From a virus, in IMG/VR virus record IMGVR_UViG_3300017917_003866, positions 8,520 to 72,519 of that record: 64,000 nucleotides of DNA; one strand, written 5' to 3'. The stretch's first letter is position 1. Each line of letters opens with the position of its first letter. The notes under the pieces are model-generated. The model did no database searches. It was not told the DNA's origin and worked only from the letters and a program-made list of their open reading frames with translations. Below, piece by piece: positions 1 through 9,500 of the stretch. The translations under genes were made by a program, and so were the position numbers.

Positions 1-924
1 CTATCAAAGAAAATATTTGTTAACCTAAATACAGTAAATCAAGTAGCAGTTAGACAACAAGGATTTAGTGGAGGAACAAATAGTTTTACCTTAAATTTTC
101 ATTATACTCTCAGCTCAGCAGGTGAGGTGAATTCTAAATTATTATTTCTAGATCTTATGACAAATGTATTGTCGGTAGGTTCCGACTATGGACAATTTTT
201 AACGCCTGAAATAAGAGTACAGCAAACTTCTGTTGGTATGGGATTTCCCGGAGGTCCTGCGGGATATGCCAAATCTATAACTGATCCGATTAATTATATA
301 AGAGATATTGTTTCTAGAATGCTATCAGCAGGATCTGTAAATAAATTAAAAGAACAGGAGGACCTAGTTAAATCAAAAACTAGTGAAATATATCAGGATG
401 TACAAAAGTTTATTAATGATCCTGACAAGGGATTAGATCCTAATTCAAGTTTTTATAAGTCTATATCAGTCATGATATCTGAGGCTTTTTTGAAAAAAAT
501 ATACTACAGTCCAATTATGCTTAGTGGATATCCTACTGGAGAATGGCATTTAACGGTAGGGAATCCTTTGAATCCTATAGCCATGATGGGTAATCTTGTT
601 TGTAATAATGTTAAGATAAACTTTAATGACGAGTTGGGTCCTGATGATTTTCCGACAGAAATGACCGTACAGATTCAACTTATGCCAGGAAGACAAAGAC
701 ACAGGGGGGATTGGGAATCTATGCTTAACAGAGGTAATGGAAGATTATATTTAGGACAACTTATATCTAGCAAAGAATCTACACAAGCATGGGTTAATAC
801 TAAGGGTAATTTTGTTAATGACACAGAAGGTAAGGATATTTATAATATAGTTAACGAAAATATAGATCCCCTTACTGGAAGAGAACCTTTAGGATTAACT
901 GGAGCCACTGGTACTAATCAATAA
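1..924 (+). CDS. Phage structural protein, 5'-truncated (possible baseplate/tail-tube initiator-like)
   Basis: Frame is open from base 1, so the GTG at 127 is probably not the true start; lies directly upstream of baseplate genes; beta-rich C-terminal half. Confidence 0.5.
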   Translation, partial: LSKKIFVNLNTVNQVAVRQQGFSGGTNSFTLNFHYTLSSAGEVNSKLLFLDLMTNVLSVGSDYGQFLTPEIRVQQTSVGMGFPGGPAGYAKSITDPINYIRDIVSRMLSAGSVNKLKEQEDLVKSKTSEIYQDVQKFINDPDKGLDPNSSFYKSISVMISEAFLKKIYYSPIMLSGYPTGEWHLTVGNPLNPIAMMGNLVCNNVKINFNDELGPDDFPTEMTVQIQLMPGRQRHRGDWESMLNRGNGRLYLGQLISSKESTQAWVNTKGNFVNDTEGKDIYNIVNENIDPLTGREPLGLTGATGTNQ

Positions 925-935
925 AATATAATATT

Positions 936-1541
936 ATGCTATTAATAGATATTATAAACAATAAGCCATTTTTTACTAATCCTAATAATCAGGAAAGATT
1001 TTTAGATTTATTAGCTCCTTCTTGGTCTCCTAGAAATGTTAATTATACTATAAAAGCGATAGCATTTGTTACTGATGAAACTAAAATGAGACCTGATTTG
1101 GTGTCTATGCAATATCTTTCTGATACATCTAAACTTGGGACATTATTAAAACTTAATAATATATCTAATCCCCTAAGTGTGAATACAGGTGAGGTTTTAC
1201 TTGTGCCTGGCGAACAAATGATAAATGATTTATTTCAGAGTGGGAAGGCTATAACCAACCAAAAACAAAAAGCAAGATCTTTTAGAAAAGAATTGCAGGA
1301 AAAAATATCTCAGATAAGTAAAGATAGACTAGAATATTTAAATTCTAAAAATGTTTCTAATCTAGCAGAAACTCCGCTTCCTCCTAATTTATTACAAGAA
1401 GGGCAGCAACAAATTCTTGTTACTGAGGGCAGACTAATATTTGGTCCTGATATTGGACAATGTAGGAGTAGAGCTAAGAAAAATGTTTCTGTTACTGACA
1501 TAAAAACAAAATTAGCTCAAAAGAACATTTTTAAAAGATAA
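936..1541 (+). CDS. Baseplate wedge protein, T4 gp53/LysM-like
   Basis: RPDLVSMQYL...LLKLNNISNPLSVNTGEVLLVP matches the gp53/LysM-like pattern; baseplate context. Confidence 0.65.
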   Translation: MLLIDIINNKPFFTNPNNQERFLDLLAPSWSPRNVNYTIKAIAFVTDETKMRPDLVSMQYLSDTSKLGTLLKLNNISNPLSVNTGEVLLVPGEQMINDLFQSGKAITNQKQKARSFRKELQEKISQISKDRLEYLNSKNVSNLAETPLPPNLLQEGQQQILVTEGRLIFGPDIGQCRSRAKKNVSVTDIKTKLAQKNIFKR

Positions 1542-1544
1542 AAA

Positions 1545-3167
1545 ATGGCTGCAGATATAAATATAAGAAAATCTATATTACAATATAGAAATACTGATAT
1601 ATTTCTGGATGAGTTGAGTGTTATTGATACCTCTTCGCAGAGTGGAGACATACAAGCTAACGATCAAAAATCCGGGAATGTTCAGAAAAAATATTTCGGT
1701 ACTGTAACACCCTTAGTTAGAATAAACACTGAGATAATAAGCGGTATAAAATACTTTAAATTGGATCTTACTGGATTTAAACCTACATTAATTTTTAGAT
1801 TTGAAACTATAGATGAAAGATTTATATCTACTTCATATCCAAAAGATGGTGATATAGTATCAATTTATATAAGACCATTTGGTGAAATGTTTAAGCCAAT
1901 AAGAATGGATTTTATAATAAATGAGGTAATAGCTCCTTTTAACGGTGGGCCTTATACAGATTATACACCATCTACTGGTAAATATCAATCTTACACTATT
2001 ATGGCTGAGGTTAGAATACCTAAGCTTTATAAACACATATCTAAAAGCTTTAAAGGAAACAGCTCTGATGCTTTATTGAAAATATCGGAGGATCTAAACT
2101 TAGGATATGCTTCTAATGAGACTAAAACTAAGGATTCTATGAATTGGCTATCTCCTAATTTGGATTACCAGACTTTAATAAGAGATATAGTAAATAATGC
2201 TTGGCTAGGGGAGGAGGATTATTTTGATTGCTGGATAGATCAATATTATAATATAAATTTAGTAAATCTAAAAAAACAATTCGATGATGTAAATCCTAGC
2301 ATAGATACCATGAGGGTAGCATATGGTGCTGACTCTTTTGGTGATGTATTTCCTGGAGGAGGTGCTCCTGAAACATATGAGGTAGAATTTCCACTTCTTC
2401 TTACCAACTCAACTGAATTTAGTAAATCCCCTCTTTTTATTAGTGATATGTCATTAGAACAAAATGCGGGAAGTATAAATAAAGATCTTGGATATTTTCA
2501 GAAGATACAGTTTTATGACACCAAATTAGTTTCTGATAAACCGAAAAATAAGTTTGTAGAGTATGACGTAGAATCAGTTACTAATAAAAATCTAGGATCT
2601 AGGGATACTATAAACAAGGGTAGATTGGGAGAAAATATTTATAAAGAGGAAATAAAAAAGACGTACGTTGGAACAATGTATTTCGATAACGTTCATGAAA
2701 ATTTTCAACAAGCTTCTACCCAAAATATTTTAAATAGAAATGATTCTTATAAAATAATACTTAGAGTTAAAAATAGAGCATGGACTCCTTTTTTGTACAG
2801 AGGACAAACTTTCCCAGTAGCTATTTTTTCCGAGGGCAGCACTACTGCTAGTTCTTCCTCTACCTACAATCCAGTAGGAAAACAAAACTCATCCTTAGCA
2901 AACAACCCAGAAAAAAGAAATATTAACGCATTTCTTTCCGGTAATTATGTTGTATTAGGATTTACTATAGAATACGAAGGTCAAGGAATATACCAGACGA
3001 TGATCTTAGGCAAAAAACAATGGGCCCTTAATCCTGGTCTTGATTCTGAACCAATAGCTCTAGATCCTAAGATATTTGATGCTGATTTTAACGATCTTGC
3101 TAAAAACGTTTCGTTTACAGTTCAACAAAATACCCAAAATCTTAAAAGCGACATATATAATACTTAA
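1545..3167 (+). CDS. Putative baseplate hub protein (gp27/late control D-like)
   Basis: 540 aa between gp53-like and gp5-like genes; C-terminal LSGNYVV..FTIEY...YQTMIL pattern typical of hub proteins. Confidence 0.5.
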   Translation: MAADINIRKSILQYRNTDIFLDELSVIDTSSQSGDIQANDQKSGNVQKKYFGTVTPLVRINTEIISGIKYFKLDLTGFKPTLIFRFETIDERFISTSYPKDGDIVSIYIRPFGEMFKPIRMDFIINEVIAPFNGGPYTDYTPSTGKYQSYTIMAEVRIPKLYKHISKSFKGNSSDALLKISEDLNLGYASNETKTKDSMNWLSPNLDYQTLIRDIVNNAWLGEEDYFDCWIDQYYNINLVNLKKQFDDVNPSIDTMRVAYGADSFGDVFPGGGAPETYEVEFPLLLTNSTEFSKSPLFISDMSLEQNAGSINKDLGYFQKIQFYDTKLVSDKPKNKFVEYDVESVTNKNLGSRDTINKGRLGENIYKEEIKKTYVGTMYFDNVHENFQQASTQNILNRNDSYKIILRVKNRAWTPFLYRGQTFPVAIFSEGSTTASSSSTYNPVGKQNSSLANNPEKRNINAFLSGNYVVLGFTIEYEGQGIYQTMILGKKQWALNPGLDSEPIALDPKIFDADFNDLAKNVSFTVQQNTQNLKSDIYNT

Positions 3168-3173
3168 AGGGAT

Positions 3174-5657
3174 ATGGCAGATTTTTTATCAGATTTTAAA
3201 AGTGGTCCCTTAGGGAGTAAAATATTACCTAACGGAGATGCACTTAAAAGAAAAATAGACTCTAAGAGAGAAACGTGGTTAAAGGGTGTATCCTCTACTA
3301 AATTCGGAAAAAAGGAAGATCCTACATATCTTCATTTTAGATTTATTTTTGATTTTGCCGAAAGCTCCGACATGGATCCAGAGACTTTTCTTGCACCTTC
3401 TCCACTTTTTAAATCAGCATCTGCTGATGGTATAGGAGCGGCTTCCTCCGCAGCAACATCAGCTTTTACCTCTGGCGGTACTCTTGAACAACAACAGGAA
3501 GCAATAAAAAATGCGGGAGTGAATGCTTCTAATTTTAACTTTTCATCTAGTACTGATTTTTTTTATGGTAGTAAATTTGTTATAAATTCTATAGCACAGC
3601 AGGGGGCTTTTAATATAAATGGTGGTGGTGTAGGATATATGGGTGCCCAGAATTTTCTTGCACAAAGATCCACCAAAAGGAAACAAATGTTAGAGGCATT
3701 TAAGAAAGGATTGAGGTACATAAACGAAAAATGTCCTTATTATTTCCAATCCATCTCTGGATTAGATCAGATACTAAAGGTTGATATAAAGAACCTTCAT
3801 AAAGCTGCTGGAAAGCCGCAAAGAATGGGTACATTATCTATAGATTGTTTAGAGTCTATAGATATGAGAATATTTGGATTAGCTGAGCTATATAGAAAAG
3901 CAATATATGATTACACTTATCATAGAGTAATGCTTCCTGAGAATCTTAGAAAGTTTAGGATGTGGCTAGTTATATCTGAGATAAGAAACATACAGTTAAC
4001 ATATGGAATAAATGACGTATTGAATCCCTTTACTATACCATCAGTAGCGCAAGGTGCTAATTTTCTAGAGAGTTTTAATTCTCAAACAGGATTATTAGAT
4101 AATGCTGCTGGATTATTACAAAAAAGTACAAACCAGGAAGAGGACCAAAATGGATCTTATGAATTAGGACCTTATGCTTTTATTTATCAGTTTGATCAAT
4201 GTGAGTTTGATTTTGATGAATCTTATCCTTCTTTTGGTACGATAGACAATAAGGGAGGAAGTGCAGTTACAAACAAGTTTAAAATCCATGTAGGACGGGT
4301 TAAAGATTATAAAATACAATTTAATTCTCTTTCCGATATAATGCAAAAGGATGATAACATAAAATCTATGGTTTTATCTGATGTTTGGGGATCATTGAAA
4401 GAGGATTATGAGAATTATGATTATAAAGAAACGTCCGGTATAGAAAGTGCGACTTTTGATGATAAAGCAAACCCAGCTGAATATTTTGCTCAATTAGCTT
4501 CTAACTTTATAACAAATAGTGTTGCGGATCTTAAGGATCAAGGAGTGCAGGTATTGCAAGGAGCTTTACTAGGAAATATTTACGGATTGGGGGGATTTGA
4601 TCCTAGAAGTCAATTTAGAAGCTATACTAATTTTGACGATATAAATGCTAAAGCTAGTCCTTTAAAAATACCCGATCCCCGTAAAGATAATAGTCCTCAA
4701 GGATCTGGATTAGGTGGGCCAGGCCAAAGACAATATCCGGAAATCAATGAAGATGCTTACACTGGAGTACCAAGTACGACCCAACAAAATCTAGGTACTG
4801 CATACAGTGGTACACCAGGCAACCCTGGGACTGCTAGTGGCGATGTTTATTCTAACAATCCTGGATCTGATTTAGGTTTACCGGATAGACAATATCCTGC
4901 ACCTGGGGGTGACGAATATAAGAATGTCCCTGGTTCTGATTCTGGTGTTCCTGGAAGAGTTTATCCCCTAGTAAAAGGAGACGCTTATCCTACAAATCCT
5001 GGATCAGACTCAGGATTACCGGATAGACAATATCCTATACCAGGAGGAGATGAATACAACAATGTCCCTGGATCTAGTCTAGGAGTACCTAATAGAGTCT
5101 ATCCTGAGCCTAATGATGATGCTTATCCAACTAATCCGGGAGCTGATCTAGGATTACCTGATAGACAATATCCGCCTATAAATGAGGATGTTTATCCAGA
5201 TTCACAATCGGTAGAAACTGATAATATAGGAAAGGTTTATTCTGATCCTAGCAATAGCTATGGTAATATAAACGAGAAGGAATACGACGATTCACAGGTT
5301 GCTTCTTCAAATGAAAATATAGGTGACGTATATCCTGATACAGTAAGCAGGTATCCTGAAATAAACGAAAAGGTTTATAAAGAATCAAATGAGATAATAG
5401 ATGAATCTCTAGGAGAAGTATATAAGGAAGTTAGGAATGTTTATCCTAGTGTTAATGATGCTCAATACGGAGATTCTATAATACCTAACAACTCTTTAAA
5501 TGAGGATGTTTATAGAAGAGTTCCTGGAAGAGATTTAGGAGCTCCTGGAAGAAATTATGAATCTATAAACGACGATCAATATAATATTTCAAATAGACCT
5601 GTTAATATAGCTAATATAGGGAGAGTATATCCCTCATCAAAAAATGAAAACAATTAG
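3174..5657 (+). CDS. Virion structural protein with C-terminal Tyr-Pro repeats
   Basis: 827 aa ORF in baseplate module; repeated YP.NPGSDLGLPDRQYP units. Confidence 0.55.
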   Translation: MADFLSDFKSGPLGSKILPNGDALKRKIDSKRETWLKGVSSTKFGKKEDPTYLHFRFIFDFAESSDMDPETFLAPSPLFKSASADGIGAASSAATSAFTSGGTLEQQQEAIKNAGVNASNFNFSSSTDFFYGSKFVINSIAQQGAFNINGGGVGYMGAQNFLAQRSTKRKQMLEAFKKGLRYINEKCPYYFQSISGLDQILKVDIKNLHKAAGKPQRMGTLSIDCLESIDMRIFGLAELYRKAIYDYTYHRVMLPENLRKFRMWLVISEIRNIQLTYGINDVLNPFTIPSVAQGANFLESFNSQTGLLDNAAGLLQKSTNQEEDQNGSYELGPYAFIYQFDQCEFDFDESYPSFGTIDNKGGSAVTNKFKIHVGRVKDYKIQFNSLSDIMQKDDNIKSMVLSDVWGSLKEDYENYDYKETSGIESATFDDKANPAEYFAQLASNFITNSVADLKDQGVQVLQGALLGNIYGLGGFDPRSQFRSYTNFDDINAKASPLKIPDPRKDNSPQGSGLGGPGQRQYPEINEDAYTGVPSTTQQNLGTAYSGTPGNPGTASGDVYSNNPGSDLGLPDRQYPAPGGDEYKNVPGSDSGVPGRVYPLVKGDAYPTNPGSDSGLPDRQYPIPGGDEYNNVPGSSLGVPNRVYPEPNDDAYPTNPGADLGLPDRQYPPINEDVYPDSQSVETDNIGKVYSDPSNSYGNINEKEYDDSQVASSNENIGDVYPDTVSRYPEINEKVYKESNEIIDESLGEVYKEVRNVYPSVNDAQYGDSIIPNNSLNEDVYRRVPGRDLGAPGRNYESINDDQYNISNRPVNIANIGRVYPSSKNENN
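4720..5200 (+). repeat. Intragenic degenerate tandem repeat, 138 nt (46 aa) period with 23 aa half-period
   Basis: cc(g/t)gatagacaatatcc recurs at 4881, 5019 and 5157. Confidence 0.85.
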
Positions 5658-5679
5658 TAATATTTAGGTACAATTAAAA

Positions 5680-6585
5680 ATGGGATTAGTAGACAGAAAT
5701 AAATTAGAGAAACCCAATACTGAGATATCTCATTATCTTGGTGTTGTTGTAGATAATAAAGACCCTGAGTTTAAAGGGAGAGCTAAGATTAGAGTTTTTG
5801 GTATTTTTGACGAAATAGCTGACGCAGATCTTCCTTGGGCTTATCAGAGATTCGAGCAGAGTTATGGACTCGGAGGTGGATCTGGTAGGATATCTGTTCC
5901 TAAGCTTGGATCTGTAGTACACGTTCAGTTTAATAATGGGAACTATTATAGTCCCGAATATAAAGCTGTTCAGGAATTGTCTCCTGATTTAATAGACGAG
6001 ATTAGAGCTAGCTATGACGGTGCTCATTCATTAATATATGACGGTATAGAAAGACTTAAAATGTATTATACTGTAGAGAAAGGATTAGTTATAGATCTGA
6101 AGGAATCTAAAATTATTATAAGAAATGATAATTCTATATTAATAACCCATGCTGATGATACTGCATCTATAGAATTAAAAGGAGGAAAAATAACCAAGTA
6201 TGCGGATCAGGAAATAGAAAATACTGCAGTAACGAGGATAAAACATAGTTCAGAAGAAGTTTGGATGGACGGAAAAACTACCAATCTAGGACACTCTCCT
6301 CTATTTTCTGCAGTATGTGCTGAGCCATTATGGGATTTTTTAAAAAAACTAGCTATATCAGTAGATAGCAAAATGCCAGCAACCCCGGGAGTTAATTCAA
6401 CATTAGCATCTAGTTTTGAACAATTGGCTACAAGTCAAACCGTAAGGGTTACTCGAGAGAATGCACCAGAATTTCCTGTAGTACCTCTTGACGCTAATTC
6501 CCCTGTAGGTATACCTAATTCGGGAACTAGTGGTACATCGGGAACTAGTGGTACATCAGGAACTAGCGGAATAACAGGAGTATAA
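5680..6585 (+). CDS. Baseplate central spike protein, gp5-like (OB-fold, no lysozyme domain)
   Basis: YLGVVVDNKDPEFKGRAKIRVFG...LPWA...VPKLGSVVHVQF is the gp5/VgrG OB-fold signature. Confidence 0.8.
   Translation: MGLVDRNKLEKPNTEISHYLGVVVDNKDPEFKGRAKIRVFGIFDEIADADLPWAYQRFEQSYGLGGGSGRISVPKLGSVVHVQFNNGNYYSPEYKAVQELSPDLIDEIRASYDGAHSLIYDGIERLKMYYTVEKGLVIDLKESKIIIRNDNSILITHADDTASIELKGGKITKYADQEIENTAVTRIKHSSEEVWMDGKTTNLGHSPLFSAVCAEPLWDFLKKLAISVDSKMPATPGVNSTLASSFEQLATSQTVRVTRENAPEFPVVPLDANSPVGIPNSGTSGTSGTSGTSGTSGITGV
6520..6570 (+). repeat. 18-bp tandem repeat encoding (SGT)n tail of gp5-like protein
   Basis: tcgggaactagtggtaca repeated nearly 3 times. Confidence 0.85.
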
Positions 6586-6586
6586 T

Positions 6587-9500
6587 ATGGCCGGGGATAT
6601 AGGATCTAGAATAGATGATTTATTAGGGAAGGATTTTTCACAAATGTCTACCGAAGAGATATTAGGTATAATATCAGGTGGACAAGATTTTAATATTCCT
6701 TATGAGGATTTACAATCAAAAGAGGGATTTGAAAAAGAATTAGAAAAGAGTCAAAAAGAAGTAGATTCTATAATAGAAAGTTTAAAACCACAGCCCCTTC
6801 CTATATCAATAAAAGACGTAGAGGATCTTTCTTGTAAATATGAGGGAGACGATTTATATAGCAGGATATTAATAGAATCTGTAAAAAAAGAAGATCCTAA
6901 ATTATATAATGATCTTTTAAGATCTGATGAATATAGAAAGAATTTACCTATATCAGAGAACGATTTAGGTGTAAAAATACAAGGAGGAAGGGACTTAGGA
7001 TTTTCTAAAAAAATACCATCTGAAGGGATTACTAAATATTTAAAAAAAAGAAAGCCTGATCTTTTACAAAAATTAAACGAGAAAATATTTGATAACCTTG
7101 ATCCATTATTGTTAGGGAAACCTTCTAACTCTGGTTCTCGAAAAAAGAGAAAAATGAAAATATTGGGATTCGAGATCCCATTAGAATTCATAATGAATAA
7201 AACTCAAATAGTACACGTTAAAATTGGTGGTGATGAGATAAGTATAGACGGGGCTTTAGAAAGAATAAATAGTCTTTTAAAAAAACAGAACGAAAATTCA
7301 AATCCTTGTGATTTTAAAGATATAGATGAAAATACACAATCCGAAAGGATAGATGGATTTGACTCTAATTTTTATCCTGACGGGGATGATCCTATAATAG
7401 ATGATGACTGTTTACCAGGAATCCCTGAAGATCCTATAACTGGAGATCCTATTTTAACTAAATCTAGTTTTGATGAATCTTTAGATGAATTTTGTGACCC
7501 TCCTATTTATGAATTTAAGAGAGAGGAAGTAAAAGATCCAGAACCCCCTTCTGTTGATGTAAATGCTATAGATGCTTGCGTTAATTCCGCTTTAGAGAAG
7601 AGTAAAAAACTAGAGGATGATGTAAAGGTATTAGCAAGGTGGCAAATGATAGAGAGAAACTTGGAAGAGATTCTTTATCATTACGAAGCAATATACGAAT
7701 ATCAAAAATCATTATATGATAATTGGTTATCGAGAGTACCTAAAAACGAAGGAGGAGATCCTTCAGATTTTCAAATAGGTATATCAATATTAACATACAA
7801 CGATCAAATTTTGATATATCAGAAGGAGCTGATAAATCAAATACAAAATTACAATAACGATAAGACGGTATTTCTTAATAACAATAATATATTTACCGAA
7901 AATCTTTTTCTTTTAGATGTTTATGATACGGAATTAAGCGATCCTGAACTTGAACAGCTTTTTAATGATCAGATAAATGCTGGTTTATCTCCTATTAATT
8001 ACGATAATCTTTCACAATCATGGCCAATTAATGATGGTATTATTAAATTCAAGGAGAATGTAGAGGATATAAGATCTATAATGATAGAGGGCAATTTTAT
8101 ATCTGTTATAGAAAATAAAATACAAGAAACGCAAGATTTACTTGATTCAGCAATATCTTCATTATCTGAAAAAAAAGGATCTCCAGTTTCTGTAGAAGAT
8201 GTAGAAAAATCTTTTATTCCATCAAATACTGCAACATCTGATGTTTATGGGCAAGGCAATACAGCTCTTGACATAAACGCTAGGGTTTTTAAAAGTCCTT
8301 TAGAAATAACTTTAACCGGAACATCTTATACTTATGATTCGTACGGATACGATTTCTTAAAAGCATTAGAAGATTTTTCAGTAAGATATAAGACTAAATT
8401 TAATAAAGAATTAGGAGAGCTTCAGTTTGAATTATCTTTTGTTACTGATTATGGATCTCCTCTTCCGTATAAGAAAACAAAGAAACCATCTAAGATAAGC
8501 TTCACTGGGGCAAGCTCTGAACCATTATCAGAAGTAAATGAACCGGACGAGCAGAAGATAAAGATAGGAAATGAGCATGCTGATAATGGCGGATTACTAA
8601 GTGATTATTTTCCAGAGTATTTAAAGAGCTATCAATTCTTAAAGATAAAAAATATAAAAACTGGATTTCCTGACGTTGCTAAGTTTTATGATTTTATAGA
8701 AAAAATAATAAACACAAACGATTCTAAAGAAAGTATAATAGCTAAAATAGTAGAAGATAGAGGGATACTTTACGGGAATCTGATAGAGAAGTCCGCATCT
8801 AATTGGCTTTTTTTTACAGCTGAGGAAAGAGGCGATAATGATGCTAGGGATCCTTCTAAAACAAGACCTGCTAGTTTTACTGAAGATAGTGAACCTACTC
8901 CGGTATTTACAGATTTCTATAGTAACTTTAAAAATAAATGGAATTCTAAATATTTAGAAAATAAAAATGCCTATATAAAACCAGCTTTAGATAATCTTAA
9001 GAATCAAGCTAGAAAAGCTGGAGAAGGGTTAGCAAAAACATTACCAGCTTCTGATGTTATAGGAATTAGAATTCTTGAAAATTACCTGGACGTAAAGAAG
9101 AAATACGAGCAGATAAAAGAGATAATGCTTTTAGCTGCGCAAAAAATAAATGATGTAAATGAATCATTAAGTCCTGAGAATGTAGAAAAAAGATTTTCTG
9201 ATATAAAATGCGCAGGTGCAGATTCTCCACCAGCAGAAGATGATAAAGAAAATTGTCCACCTGTTTGTTGTGGTGAACCAGGCTCCGATTTTAAAAATGG
9301 TAATTATCTTATGTCTTCCCCTCCTAGCTCAGACTGTCCAACTATGTTTCAGAGATGCTGGTGGAAGCAGTTTTGTGAGGACGTTACTAAAGTAGGTCTT
9401 TTGCCTTATCCTAATGGTTTACCTCCCATAGAGGATCCGAAGTATTTTTTATCTGCTGGACCTAGCGTTAGGTTGGGACTTAAATATTGGCCTGTTGGAT

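Noticed and set aside
4720-5200. Periodic repeats as a possible CRISPR array
   Set aside because: They are degenerate, in-frame coding repeats with codon-position variation, no unique spacers and no cas genes nearby
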